A stretch of 64,000 nt of DNA from the IMG/VR virus record IMGVR_UViG_3300025326_000020. One strand, 5' to 3'. A model generated the notes under the pieces. It was not told the origin of the DNA. It saw only the letters and a list, made by a program, of their open reading frames with translations, and ran no database searches. The first letter of the stretch is position 1, and every line of letters starts with the position of its first letter. The translations under genes and the position numbers were made by a program. This document shows, in pieces, positions 30,528 to 40,655 of this stretch. The stretch comes from a virus (lineage: Duplodnaviria > Heunggongvirae > Uroviricota > Caudoviricetes).

Positions 30528-30732
30528 CCAATTGCGACCTTAACTTAGTTATCTCCTGACTCATATCAACAACAAGATTTGCCAGAGCATCTATGGGAGT
30601 TAGACCATCAGCAACATTATCTGATGCGCTTCGCGCTATCCAAAATGGTGTTGTATATCTTCCTGATGGCTCAGCATACTGTAGGGTGAAGTGTTCCCAT
30701 GATCTAAGTTCAGTCATTCGATGCTCACCCAT
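30490..30732 (-). CDS. hypothetical protein
   Basis: ORF. Confidence 0.4.
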   Translation of the reverse strand: MGEHRMTELRSWEHFTLQYAEPSGRYTTPFWIARSASDNVADGLTPIDALANLVVDMSQEITKLRSQLDAKSSRKSDQTR

Positions 30733-30859
30733 TGCTCCAACAAAGAAATTATAACTGACGATAGACTAAGCCCTTTAGATCTCGCCTTCACCTTTGCTCT
30801 ATCTATTATTTCGTGATGAACTTCTTTTATGTATAAGTTCAATGTTCTTGTTGGTTTGT

Positions 30860-32179
30860 TCATTCTGTACTCGCCGCTTTGATCTCCCAGTAGTATTGTG
30901 TCTCCTTGACGAACATAGTATCAAGTGTGTACTGATAATCTTCTCCCATATTCATTCCTAGACATGGTTGCTTAAAGAGGCACCAGTTACAGGAAAATCT
31001 ACCAGGTTGTGGGTAGATAGCAGGATCATTAATCATATCCAGAACTTCACGAGCAATAACTTCTCCAGCCATCTTAATCTCGTGTTCATTCTTATGGATC
31101 TGATGGCGCTGAGTAAACTTTGGACCTTCAAACTTGAGCCAGTCTAAGTAATCATCATACAAGCCCATTTGCCAGCCATCATGGTCATGGTGTTGGATTG
31201 ACTTGAGTGCAAGCTCTGGCGTAGTGAGGAATTGCTTATTTGTTGATACTATGCGTCCCTTGTATTTGCGTGACAGTACCTCTGGTGCCTGTGGGAAAGC
31301 CTTTTTAATCTCGACGTAGATGAAGCCCGCGCAGTGAATACCATACTGCTCAAGAGCCCACAGGTAGCCAGCAATTTGGTCATCTAATTGCAAGAAGGAT
31401 GCCTCCGCATCTTCATCTAACATCCTAGCTGTCGTTTTCCAGTCAGCCACCCAGTATCTTGCAAGCTCATCTTGGAACAACGCATCGAGTCTGCCGCCAT
31501 ATGTTACTGGAAGTCCATCCCATACAACCTCACGATATATTTTATCACTTAATCCTATTTCTCGTTCTTCCTCAGGTAGGCTTTCCTGCCACTTGTCGTG
31601 ATGTTCTATGCCATCCTTAGATTTCTTCCATCGCACCCAACATGGATTGCACTTGCACCACAATTGCTGTCCAGTATCAGGATGCTTGATTGGTACCTCA
31701 AAGGATACCTCGACCCGAATTGGAGTCCAGCGACGATCGTAGTGCGGTGACATGTTGTTGCAGTAATACCGAATCATGTTCAGACCCAATTCAAGACGTT
31801 CCTTGTATGAGTCTAGAACAGTTACATCAGGATCAGGGTTTAGCTTCATGTACTCTTTTAGCTGAGCACTACACTTACGTCGGAACGCGACCAAGGCTAG
31901 GTCAGTACGAATTTCTAGCGCTGAGCCCCACGTGCGTGGCTCGTAGAACACTTCCATTGCCTCATGGAAAGCAATACCAAACTCTAGCGGTGCTGCCTGC
32001 GTAACAGGCTGATACATGTCCCGATAAACCCAGGACCAACGACGTCGACAACTACGGAACGCACGCCGAGTAGAGTTGTGGGTCTGATGTGATAGATGTC
32101 TGTCTAGATACCATTGGATTTCTGGTTCAACTACTAATGTCATGTTCCATCCAAATCGTTGTGCCAAAAACCATCCCAT
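30860..32179 (-). CDS. PD-(D/E)XK exonuclease with C-terminal Cys cluster (Cas4/RecB-like)
   Basis: C-terminal CNWCLFKQPC (CxxCx5C) plus upstream CKCNPC; next to Sak4/DUF669. Confidence 0.55.
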   Translation of the reverse strand: MGWFLAQRFGWNMTLVVEPEIQWYLDRHLSHQTHNSTRRAFRSCRRRWSWVYRDMYQPVTQAAPLEFGIAFHEAMEVFYEPRTWGSALEIRTDLALVAFRRKCSAQLKEYMKLNPDPDVTVLDSYKERLELGLNMIRYYCNNMSPHYDRRWTPIRVEVSFEVPIKHPDTGQQLWCKCNPCWVRWKKSKDGIEHHDKWQESLPEEEREIGLSDKIYREVVWDGLPVTYGGRLDALFQDELARYWVADWKTTARMLDEDAEASFLQLDDQIAGYLWALEQYGIHCAGFIYVEIKKAFPQAPEVLSRKYKGRIVSTNKQFLTTPELALKSIQHHDHDGWQMGLYDDYLDWLKFEGPKFTQRHQIHKNEHEIKMAGEVIAREVLDMINDPAIYPQPGRFSCNWCLFKQPCLGMNMGEDYQYTLDTMFVKETQYYWEIKAASTE

Positions 32180-32733
32180 GATCTGCTGGCTGTTGGTCCC
32201 GATTGATCTTGATAGTGTGACCCTAATTCTTTATTTCCATATGAATTCCTAGCCCGTGAAGACAATTTTAGTACACACAATTGTCCAATTCTCATGTTTG
32301 GCCAGAGCATTATTGGAAGTCTAGATACATTTGATAATTCCAACGTAACGTTTCCCTTGAATCCGGGATCAATAAATCCAGCAGTCGAGTGTATCAATAG
32401 TCCAATTCTACCCAGACTGGATACCCCACCGATCATACCAGCAATACTTGTTCCCATCCTTATTGCTTCTAGCGTAGAAGCTAGTACGAATTCGCCCGGA
32501 TGTAGAATAAACGGCTTACCTATTACTATTATCTCAGAAGTCATGCCAGGTTGGGTTACAGATGGATCAATATGAGTATAGAAGTGGTTGTTGAAAACCA
32601 GAAACTTGTTACCAAGGCGCAAATCTATACTTGCAGGTTGCAACAGTCTGGGATTCCAGGGTTCTATTGACAATTCATCAGAATCCATGTGACCTAATAT
32701 CTCATTGTCAGAGAGTAACATCATCATAACCAA
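32140..32733 (-). CDS. dcd: dCTP deaminase/dUTPase-family protein
   Basis: beta-rich dUTPase fold signature GNVTLELSN...RIGQL. Confidence 0.6.
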   Translation of the reverse strand: MVMMMLLSDNEILGHMDSDELSIEPWNPRLLQPASIDLRLGNKFLVFNNHFYTHIDPSVTQPGMTSEIIVIGKPFILHPGEFVLASTLEAIRMGTSIAGMIGGVSSLGRIGLLIHSTAGFIDPGFKGNVTLELSNVSRLPIMLWPNMRIGQLCVLKLSSRARNSYGNKELGSHYQDQSGPTASRSWDGFWHNDLDGT

Positions 32734-33427
32734 ACGGCTTAGTAGGGAAATCTTGCATCATGTTTGGGACAAGTCTATTAAGCTCATTTAGTATGATTTC
32801 ACTAAACGCTAGGATTTCTAGATCGGCCGCTTCGTGCCAACGCTTCTTTAATAGATCGCGCCATGCTCGCACGTTAGCTGTTACTACAAATTTTGTCTCT
32901 GTCATGTTTGGTAACACCGCTCTGGCGGCCTCTCTGGCACGCTTTCTAGAAAGCCCAAGATCGGTGAGGGTTTTCACAATGTGTTTGTATGAAATCAAAA
33001 CTCTTTCGGCCACATCGCTTAGTGATAAGAGAGCTGATTGAGAAATGAGTTTAATACTTGGAGGTATAATTATTGATGCATCAGATTCATCTACGTAACG
33101 CTGTGACAGCACTGAGAGTGAGACATGTCGATGACGCTCTAATTCCGTTAACAACGATCGAGAGACGCCAGTTACATAGAACGTAGCTACTGCATGTTCT
33201 AGTACAGATTCATGTTGCTGCTTAAGAATCCTAGCGAGATAACCTTTGTTGGTTGCTGTAATAGGGTTTGGTTTTGACCACGATTGGTAGCAAGCTCGAC
33301 CAGCAAACTCTGCTAGTGCTTGCCCACCAGCAGCGTCTGTATTCCAACCAGTTAATTCATGCATAAGGTCGGAATCAATCTGTGTCCAGCCTATTAGGCG
33401 AACACTAAGATCAGCTACATTAGACAT
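32708..33427 (-). CDS. thyX: flavin-dependent thymidylate synthase
   Basis: ThyX signature RHRHVSLSVLSQRY (RHRxxSxxxxSxRY). Confidence 0.8.
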   Translation of the reverse strand: MSNVADLSVRLIGWTQIDSDLMHELTGWNTDAAGGQALAEFAGRACYQSWSKPNPITATNKGYLARILKQQHESVLEHAVATFYVTGVSRSLLTELERHRHVSLSVLSQRYVDESDASIIIPPSIKLISQSALLSLSDVAERVLISYKHIVKTLTDLGLSRKRAREAARAVLPNMTETKFVVTANVRAWRDLLKKRWHEAADLEILAFSEIILNELNRLVPNMMQDFPTKPFGYDDVTL

Positions 33428-33621
33428 GTTTCTCCCTAGTTAACAAAATTTTGAGTATGTACGTGCACATCTGTTCCAATGGGAACGTACATGCTCATGA
33501 TCTTGTCAGCAAGTGGCTTGATTGAGAAATGCACCGAATGTTACTAAAATCAGAGACATCGCATAAATGCATATCATGATAGTGATAACTATTGATAGCC
33601 AATCTTTTTCTTTCTTGTTAT

Positions 33622-33822
33622 CTATAAACTTAACCAGCTTTTAACCTTATTGCGTATGAACGATGTACTCCATAACAAGTACCATCCAAGTCCAAACCCA
33701 ATAAATAGTAAATACGCAGGAGCTTCATTATATGTAATTTTGGCCAGGACCCAGTTGGTCACCATTAATACAGTGAGCAGCCAACCAAGAAATCTCAGGA
33801 AGGCTATGTCTGTGTTGTTCAT
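33622..33822 (-). CDS. small membrane protein
   Basis: two hydrophobic helices. Confidence 0.4.
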   Translation of the reverse strand: MNNTDIAFLRFLGWLLTVLMVTNWVLAKITYNEAPAYLLFIGFGLGWYLLWSTSFIRNKVKSWLSL

Positions 33823-33922
33823 CTGCTCACTACTCCAATAATGTTTACTATCGCACTCACTATAAGTACTCCCATTGCCAATGCCAATACCGCTATAGCA
33901 ATCTTGAATATCAAATCATTCA

Positions 33923-34189
33923 TTAGTACAACTCACTATTATGACCCAGTGGTTCATCATCAAATACCGACACATCGTCTGCCTCACTGATTGGTACTTT
34001 GTGCTCAACGTAAGACTTGTATCCCTCACAAACGATTGGATCGGTAGCCCAAAAGTATTGACAATCGCAACCAGATTCGTTTCTCAGTGGGTTCCAGTTG
34101 CGAACTATATGTTCAAACCAATCATCCGACATGTTGTCGATCTTGAAGAATGATCGAATAAAGTCACGCCAAAGTTCCTGTGTTATCAT
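33923..34189 (-). CDS. hypothetical protein
   Basis: ORF. Confidence 0.4.
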   Translation of the reverse strand: MITQELWRDFIRSFFKIDNMSDDWFEHIVRNWNPLRNESGCDCQYFWATDPIVCEGYKSYVEHKVPISEADDVSVFDDEPLGHNSELY

Positions 34190-34508
34190 CTGGAGTTACC
34201 TCCTTCCAAACTATATTAGTTTCAGCCACATACAATCTAACATTCCTTATATATTCACCTGCTCTTACTAGGTCCATTAGTCCTCTGTATTGACTCATAC
34301 TGGCATGTTCACTAATTATTGTTTTCCAGTATTCATCGGGAATTTTATCTGGGTTATATGCTGGACTCTCACCATTATAGAATTGTGGATGGGAAACAGC
34401 GCTAACCATTTCCCACGTCACCTTTACACGTTGCTTTTCCATTGCTCTTGCTATTCCTTCATCGCAGACTTCGCAGGAAGAACGACCACAATGCTTAGGC
34501 AGCGACAT
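34164..34508 (-). CDS. hypothetical protein
   Basis: ORF. Confidence 0.4.
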   Translation of the reverse strand: MSLPKHCGRSSCEVCDEGIARAMEKQRVKVTWEMVSAVSHPQFYNGESPAYNPDKIPDEYWKTIISEHASMSQYRGLMDLVRAGEYIRNVRLYVAETNIVWKEVTPDDNTGTLA

Positions 34509-35910
34509 CTAAATCATCATCCATTTCCATTTGTGGATCAATATTTGTGTCACCAATTAGCCTTTTTATCCAGGCCCATTTGTTTTGAATTACCTTAATA
34601 CGACGAGCATCAATCGTGTCGTTGGCAATTATATCAATGACTTGTACCGCTGACTTTTGACCAATGCGATGTAGTCGATCCTCGGCCTGTAGATTGAGGG
34701 CGTTAGACCATGATCTATCAGTAAATATAATGGTACGCGCCGCCGTGAGCGTGATGCCAACCCCACCGGCGGCAATAGTTCCAGCAAATACTTGAATTCT
34801 ACCATCTTGAAACGACGATAATATTCTTGCGCGCTCATCAGTGGGGGTTGCTCCGATAAATTTTCCACAGGTGATGCCTTTCTTCTCCAGCCGTTTCGCC
34901 AGTAATTCAATTACCTGAGCAAATTGGCTGAACACGACTACCTGTTGCCCTGTGGATTCTATAACCTCCATGACTGCATCGAGCTTACTTGATGGTTCAG
35001 AGAGAATCATTTTTTCTTCTATACTACCATCACGCTTGGAATATTCAATTACCTCAGCGAACGCGGTAGCGAACTGTTGCAGCCTGGTGAGTTGCGCGAT
35101 AACGATTGGTGCCACCACAGGGGTGTGTTCGTTATCACCAATCCATGCGAGCATATTGTTTTTCATTGAGTTGTATGCTCGACGCTGCAATGGGTGAAGA
35201 TCAACGCGAATTTCGGTGTAATATTTTTCTGGCAGATCCAACAAAACATCCTCTTTACGACGGCGAACATAAAAACCCGCCATCTCTCTTTGGAGTTTCT
35301 CTGGATTGTTTACACCAATGACTGTCTTGTAGCCATTGTAGTTGTCAAAAATAATGTGGTCATTGTAGTACTTCCAATAGCTAGACCAATATCTGGGATA
35401 CAGCCAATGCAGAATACTCCACAGATCGTCCGGCTTGTCAAAGGCTGGCGTACCAGTAAGCGCACTCTTGTAACCAGCTTGCATTTCCTTGATAGCTACT
35501 GTTTGTTTTGACTTACGGTTCTGCATTGCATGTGCTTCATCAGCAATAACGTGAAACCATTTTACCTCAGCCAACTCAGGAATTCTACGAAGAATTGGCC
35601 AGTGACAGATGAACACATCATAGTTATCATCAGATAGCTCATCCACGAAGTGACTACGATCCTTGTTATTAATTGGTAGAATACGCAAGTCGGGTGCCCA
35701 CTGGAACCATGCCTTTGTCCAAGTAGATACCATAGACAGTGGGCACACGACTATTGTCTTTAAATGGTGATTCGGAAACTGCACTCTTCTTCTAACATCC
35801 AAGACGATTGCCTCTATAGTCTTCCCGAGGCCCATATCGTCTCCTATAAGTACTGCCTGTACTTTTTCCAGCTTATCAACACACTCAATTTGAAATGGAT
35901 AAAGCTGCAT
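34495..35910 (-). CDS. SNF2-family DEAD/H helicase
   Basis: LIGDDMGLGKT Walker A; DEAH box; helicase C-terminal motifs. Confidence 0.8.
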   Translation of the reverse strand: MQLYPFQIECVDKLEKVQAVLIGDDMGLGKTIEAIVLDVRRRVQFPNHHLKTIVVCPLSMVSTWTKAWFQWAPDLRILPINNKDRSHFVDELSDDNYDVFICHWPILRRIPELAEVKWFHVIADEAHAMQNRKSKQTVAIKEMQAGYKSALTGTPAFDKPDDLWSILHWLYPRYWSSYWKYYNDHIIFDNYNGYKTVIGVNNPEKLQREMAGFYVRRRKEDVLLDLPEKYYTEIRVDLHPLQRRAYNSMKNNMLAWIGDNEHTPVVAPIVIAQLTRLQQFATAFAEVIEYSKRDGSIEEKMILSEPSSKLDAVMEVIESTGQQVVVFSQFAQVIELLAKRLEKKGITCGKFIGATPTDERARILSSFQDGRIQVFAGTIAAGGVGITLTAARTIIFTDRSWSNALNLQAEDRLHRIGQKSAVQVIDIIANDTIDARRIKVIQNKWAWIKRLIGDTNIDPQMEMDDDLDVAA

Positions 35911-35923
35911 GATTCACCTCCCT

Positions 35924-36226
35924 TTAAGGTTCTTTGCAATCACATGGTGATAGTTTGTCCAAGTCGAAATTAACTTCCTTCAGATATATTCCAAAGTTAA
36001 GAATTTTTTCCATTACATCAGTCATTACAACGATTATGCGTTCTGTGTCTGTCCATTCTTCTGGTAGTTCTTTAGTAACCAGAGCCGTGGCTAACGCATC
36101 TTTGATTATTCCCTTAAATGCGTTAGCCACGGCTGGCTTGACGTGCGCTTGAATACGCTGTTGATTAAACCTTTGCCATAATTCAGATAATAGCAACCCT
36201 TCAGCTTCAATCGTAGTTTCATCCAC
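35924..36226 (-). CDS. hypothetical protein
   Basis: ORF. Confidence 0.4.
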   Translation of the reverse strand: MDETTIEAEGLLLSELWQRFNQQRIQAHVKPAVANAFKGIIKDALATALVTKELPEEWTDTERIIVVMTDVMEKILNFGIYLKEVNFDLDKLSPCDCKEP

Positions 36227-36527
36227 GACGTGTTTCGCCGCCTTTTAGTGTTTGCTCCAGTAGCCACTGATTATAGCTGTTAACAGCTTCGTCCGACCGT
36301 TCTGGTAGTGTTGGGAAGTTCTTTGGTCTACTGGTTACAGGTGGAGGAATGCTGCCATCTGCGTTTACTTGTACAACCCAAGTGGTAGCATTCCAACTGC
36401 ATCGATTATTTTCACACATGATGGTTCGAATAGAACTACCACGTGGACCTTTTACTGTACCAACTTCCTTACCAGGAAGTTCACATCTGGGGCAGCGTCT
36501 AGCTTCCTCAAAGGTAGTATCTGCCAC
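36219..36527 (-). CDS. zinc-ribbon protein
   Basis: CPRCE...CENNRCSW. Confidence 0.4.
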   Translation of the reverse strand: MADTTFEEARRCPRCELPGKEVGTVKGPRGSSIRTIMCENNRCSWNATTWVVQVNADGSIPPPVTSRPKNFPTLPERSDEAVNSYNQWLLEQTLKGGETRRG

Positions 36528-36535
36528 AATGTCTC

Positions 36536-37033
36536 CTACATTGATGAAGGTGGAAGATGCAAAGCAACTATAGATTCTAGTTTTGCAACTCTATCCTTTA
36601 GTTCAGCCAGTTCGTTCAATACCAACTGGGTCTTGCTTGGGGCAATTCGCTGACTAAGTTGACCAGATCTTTCTTTGAATTCTAGAAACTGTTCGTCGGT
36701 TGGTCGATATGATAGCAACACTATGCTAGGATGTTCTATCGCATTGTTGCGCCCGCCGCTGGCTTTAAGCATTGTTGCTGCTCGCATCGCATAAAGGATT
36801 GTACTAGCTTGCGTTGCGTTTGCTTTACTCAAACCAACTTCAGTGCCTGCTCTACTAATAAAACCTTTAAAAACTCGGATAGGTGTTTGATCTCCTTGTG
36901 GAAATCCCAAATCTAGTAGTTCCATTGGTGGGATTAATTTTGATTGCTCAAACATTCTATCATATAGAAGTAGAGCGTATCGAAGTGCCGCAGTATTAAG
37001 TCGTGGCACTCCATTTTCGTCATATTTTGGCAT
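36536..37033 (-). CDS. hypothetical protein
   Basis: ORF. Confidence 0.4.
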   Translation of the reverse strand: MPKYDENGVPRLNTAALRYALLLYDRMFEQSKLIPPMELLDLGFPQGDQTPIRVFKGFISRAGTEVGLSKANATQASTILYAMRAATMLKASGGRNNAIEHPSIVLLSYRPTDEQFLEFKERSGQLSQRIAPSKTQLVLNELAELKDRVAKLESIVALHLPPSSM

Positions 37034-37917
37034 TATTCAGAAACTTCCAATTCTGCTGCCTCAAGTGGCTTTGGGAAGATCTCCGTATTCCGCCAAGAAA
37101 TGCTAGAACGCCGTCGACCCAAGCAGAAATCATTCCAAGTCTTGATATATAGTGCCAAGTGCAGGTAAGCATCGCGACGGATGTTCTTAGCATTACGTGA
37201 TCTACCAAGATAGTTTCGTAGAATAAGTACAGGACTATCGGAAGCCAGTCCGGCACCCAATTCTAGAGCCTCAATGAAGTTTTCGTGCTCTCCACCAGGT
37301 AGAGCACGCTCACAAACAAAGTAGCCAGCGGCAGCAGCAGACCCGATAAAACCTATCGGAGTTAATTTGCTTACAGTAGGCATATATTCTTCTAGACGAT
37401 TGGATCGTACTGTATCTAAAACCTGACCGTTGGTGATTCCAGTCTTGCGCCAGTACTTATACTCGTAGTTATCGAATAGGTATACAAGTCGACCAACTGC
37501 TGCAAGCTTAAGTTGGTTCGAGTAACCAGCCATAGCCAATACTGTTGCACTGGTTCGGTTCTTACCTATGTCTAAGACTGGGAAGATGTCATCATCTAGA
37601 CCCCAAGTAACTTGCATCTTGATTGCGATTTTTGGTTGTGGTGGGATGATCTCATCACCATCAAAGGCACCCTCTTCTGATGCTTGTACAATAGCCAAAA
37701 GTCGGTGCTGTCCATCCTTAAGCTTACCATTGACCGAAAAAGCAATACCTTGGTGGGTTAGGCGCCAATTGCCTCTAAGCATTTCTTTGGCGTAGTTGTT
37801 GATCAAAGCCCTACTTAGTGGTCGGTTAAGATCCAATCCACCTTGTTCAAATGGTACATTGAGTTCAAGAAACTCACGTGCTTTCTTTGCGTTGATAACC
37901 GTTGTTTGGGTTTGCAT
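37033..37917 (-). CDS. ParB-like nuclease domain protein
   Basis: DGQHRLLA motif of the ParB/Srx N-terminal domain. Confidence 0.55.
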   Translation of the reverse strand: MQTQTTVINAKKAREFLELNVPFEQGGLDLNRPLSRALINNYAKEMLRGNWRLTHQGIAFSVNGKLKDGQHRLLAIVQASEEGAFDGDEIIPPQPKIAIKMQVTWGLDDDIFPVLDIGKNRTSATVLAMAGYSNQLKLAAVGRLVYLFDNYEYKYWRKTGITNGQVLDTVRSNRLEEYMPTVSKLTPIGFIGSAAAAGYFVCERALPGGEHENFIEALELGAGLASDSPVLILRNYLGRSRNAKNIRRDAYLHLALYIKTWNDFCLGRRRSSISWRNTEIFPKPLEAAELEVSE

Positions 37918-38113
37918 TCTTTGTACTCCAAGTTCTAATTAGCCAATAGATTGTGGTTCTATTAATTTTTGTAAGTTCTGCTAGCCGTGTTACTTGTTGA
38001 GTCTTAGCCGCAATTTCTAATAAGTCGGCAACTTCAGTTCTTGCTTCTTCAAATTCCTTTTCAGCTTTTCGTAATCTGTCAACAGCCTCCACAAGTGCGT
38101 GATTACTATACAT
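37874..38113 (-). CDS. hypothetical protein
   Basis: ORF. Confidence 0.35.
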   Translation of the reverse strand: MYSNHALVEAVDRLRKAEKEFEEARTEVADLLEIAAKTQQVTRLAELTKINRTTIYWLIRTWSTKNANPNNGYQRKEST

Positions 38114-38118
38114 TTCAA

Positions 38119-38886
38119 TCAGCTCCCATAAGCTTGCAGGAGATTTTGTACTGACTTCTTTACATCTTTTTCTGACATCGCCGCCACAGTAGCAAGGTAG
38201 CTAAACCTAAATGCATCTAGGTGATGTGATCCATTCATCCTCTGACGATCTGATAACATTCTTTGCCTGCGACCATGACGCATTTCCATATCAAGAGTTG
38301 TCACTTGATATGGAGCAATACCAAATTCGGTGAGATCAGCCATTGGATAATTATTCACTAGATAGTCATAGTCATTGTAATACTCTGCTGAATATACTGC
38401 TGCTGCATGACGCAGTCTTCTCTGTGTATCATATGAGTCGTATGTGTCCTGGTCACTAAACAAGAATGGAGCAAGGGCAATAATTCTAGCCTTTTCGGCT
38501 TTGAAACCTCTAGTGCCGAGAATTATCTTACCAGATGCTTCCACTACACCGGCCATTATGGTAGCTCCATACCAGCCTGGCACCGCATTGGGTGTATTCC
38601 CTATCAGATCTTCTAGATCTGATGGGTTGTATCTAGCGTGAATCCCACAGGTACAACCATGGACAGGAATCTGATCCTCCGGCCCATGTTCACCAACCGT
38701 ATCCCCGTTCCAGTTTATTCTAAGTGAACCAAGTATGCTGTTTAGACACTTGGCGACCATTTGATCATCTTTAGGCCAAATTGATTTTTGTACTAGGGCC
38801 TTAAGACCAGCACTGCTCAACTGCCACAAACGGAAACCACGCAGAGTGCTAGGCACCAGCGCTGGATCATGTACATTAGACGACAA
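38119..38886 (-). CDS. hypothetical protein
   Basis: ORF. Confidence 0.45.
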   Translation of the reverse strand: MSSNVHDPALVPSTLRGFRLWQLSSAGLKALVQKSIWPKDDQMVAKCLNSILGSLRINWNGDTVGEHGPEDQIPVHGCTCGIHARYNPSDLEDLIGNTPNAVPGWYGATIMAGVVEASGKIILGTRGFKAEKARIIALAPFLFSDQDTYDSYDTQRRLRHAAAVYSAEYYNDYDYLVNNYPMADLTEFGIAPYQVTTLDMEMRHGRRQRMLSDRQRMNGSHHLDAFRFSYLATVAAMSEKDVKKSVQNLLQAYGS

Positions 38887-39018
38887 CTGGTTCCTCCTGT
38901 AGGACTTCTTCCACTTCCTCTTCTACAACAAGAGGTTCAGTCTCGTCAATAGGTGCAAAGATTACTGTAGTAACTGTACTTCCGGTATCCATATTTTCTC
39001 CTTGTTGTAACAATAAAG

Positions 39019-39090
39019 TACCCCTGGTCAGAATCGAACTGACGACATTCTTATTAAGAGTAAGAAGCTCTACCACTGAGCTACAAGGGC
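39019..39090 (-). tRNA. tRNA-Lys (anticodon CTT)
   Basis: hand-folded cloverleaf: D-arm GCTCAGTGGTAGAGC, anticodon arm TCTTA-CTCTTAA-TAAGA, T-arm GTCAG-TTCGATT-CTGAC; 72 nt. Confidence 0.7.
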
Positions 39091-39308
39091 ATTTCGTTAG
39101 GAGCACAATACGATTGTGACAGATCTCCGTCACCGTGTCAAGCCCCCAACAATATTGATGTTTATCGATGGACACTAGCTAAGGACGAGACATAGTAGCA
39201 CAACCAACACAGTTAATACAATAGCTGTGACAGGAATTCGAACTACGTGTTCCTCACCTGTTTCTTTATTACGAAAACCAACTTCAATGTACTGCAATTT
39301 AGAACCAG

Positions 39309-39794
39309 TCACTTTACTTCTGGAAAATTAAGTTTAGCATGTTCCCCAAAAGCAATTATTGCTGCTCTATCATATGCCAATGCGGCCTCTTCTTCCAATA
39401 AATAATAACCTATATGCTGTCTTTTACCATTTACTTGCACTCTTACATACCACATCCTGTTTGTATTCGACCAAGTTACACCTTTGTACTTAGATAATCC
39501 TGGTCTACGTTTGATGCTATTGGCTCTATTCAACATATAGGTTGTTGGTCGAAGATTTATACGTCTGTTGTCAAGACCATCACCATTTTGGTGATCAGTC
39601 ATTTTAAATCCTGTAAGTAATATATGCATTTTTTGCATAGATTTTAAACCAGAAATTTTAGTTATACTTCTTAATGCATAAAAGATATTACCTTGTAGAT
39701 TACAATACCATTTATACTGTGATACCAGATCGTAGTCTTCATCGTCTACAAGAGCTGACTTATCACTCCTAAAGAGTTCAACTTGTTTTACCAT
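39309..39794 (-). CDS. HNH homing endonuclease with AP2 DNA-binding domain
   Basis: DHQNGDGLDNRRINLR HNH motif; C-terminal AP2-like YKGVTW...WYVRVQVNGKRQHIGYYLLEEEAALAYD. Confidence 0.75.
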   Translation of the reverse strand: MVKQVELFRSDKSALVDDEDYDLVSQYKWYCNLQGNIFYALRSITKISGLKSMQKMHILLTGFKMTDHQNGDGLDNRRINLRPTTYMLNRANSIKRRPGLSKYKGVTWSNTNRMWYVRVQVNGKRQHIGYYLLEEEAALAYDRAAIIAFGEHAKLNFPEVK

Positions 39795-39806
39795 AAGGAT
39801 TGCTCC

Positions 39807-40286
39807 TTAAAACCATGAGTAGTACGACCAACGGTCGTCATAGTGGATCAGTGTTGGTTCTATACCATTCTTAATTTCATGGCACCACATAAGCATTCGA
39901 CCAACCCTACCGTTACCGTCACGGAATGGATGAATGCGCTCGAATGATATGTGTGCCACTCTTGGACTAAGCTCTTGGCAATCCTCAATCCAATCCTTCA
40001 TTAGTTGTGGTACATATAGTGGGTTTGGACATGTGCGTCCACCAACTTCTACCCAACAATCGCGCCATTTACCAGGATCTTTCATCAGACTGCGCATAAC
40101 ATTCCAATGTAAATTCTTGATAGAAGTTTCAGTAACATCAAGATTTAACAATTCTTCAAACGCTTCCATTGAAGCTTGGTCTTGCGTTTTGTGATTTACA
40201 CCTTCAATAAGGTTTGATTGTCTAATATGTTCCATTGTAATTTCAGTCATTGTCATCCCAATCGAATCCATCGTCCGGGTCATCAT
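39807..40286 (-). CDS. Fic-domain protein (putative AMPylating/adenylyltransferase toxin-like)
   Basis: canonical Fic motif HPFRDGNGRVGR. Confidence 0.7.
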   Translation of the reverse strand: MMTRTMDSIGMTMTEITMEHIRQSNLIEGVNHKTQDQASMEAFEELLNLDVTETSIKNLHWNVMRSLMKDPGKWRDCWVEVGGRTCPNPLYVPQLMKDWIEDCQELSPRVAHISFERIHPFRDGNGRVGRMLMWCHEIKNGIEPTLIHYDDRWSYYSWF

Positions 40287-40548
40287 CGTCAGCCCAGTCT
40301 AATTCTTTACGTACCTCTTGCTTTGCTGCGTAATGTGCTTCGATCTCCACAATATCCTCTTCCTGCTTTGGCTGTGGGATTTGCGTAAGACCAAGCACGA
40401 GTCGATCATAGTTCATTTTACTAGGCTTGCGGCATCTAGTGCAAACCCACAGACCTGATGGTGGATCAAGTGAGAAACCATCTTGCTTTTGCCATTTACC
40501 AGTTGAGTGGCAGTTACACCACGGCTTAATGTTCATCTGAGTTATCAT
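40243..40548 (-). CDS. hypothetical protein with acidic C-terminus
   Basis: ORF. Confidence 0.4.
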   Translation of the reverse strand: MITQMNIKPWCNCHSTGKWQKQDGFSLDPPSGLWVCTRCRKPSKMNYDRLVLGLTQIPQPKQEEDIVEIEAHYAAKQEVRKELDWADDDDPDDGFDWDDND

Positions 40549-40579
40549 TGTTGTCCATTTCTAGTAATATTTGGAGGAG

Positions 40580-40652
40580 TACCCCTAGAGAGATTCGAAC
40601 TCCCAACCTACGCGGTAGAAACGCGCTGCTCTGTCCGTTGAGCTATAGGGGC
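40580..40652 (-). tRNA. tRNA-Arg (anticodon TCT)
   Basis: acceptor GCCCCTA/TAGGGGT; D-arm GCTCAACGGACAGAGC; anticodon arm GCGCG-TTTCTAC-CGCGT; T-loop TTCGAAT. Confidence 0.7.
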
Positions 40653-40655
40653 ATG

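Noticed and set aside
39180-39300. gaattcgaac motif resembling a T-loop, with a hairpin and downstream T-tract
   Set aside because: No cloverleaf can be built. It is more likely a small hairpin in the intergenic spacer between the HNH-AP2 gene and tRNA-Lys.
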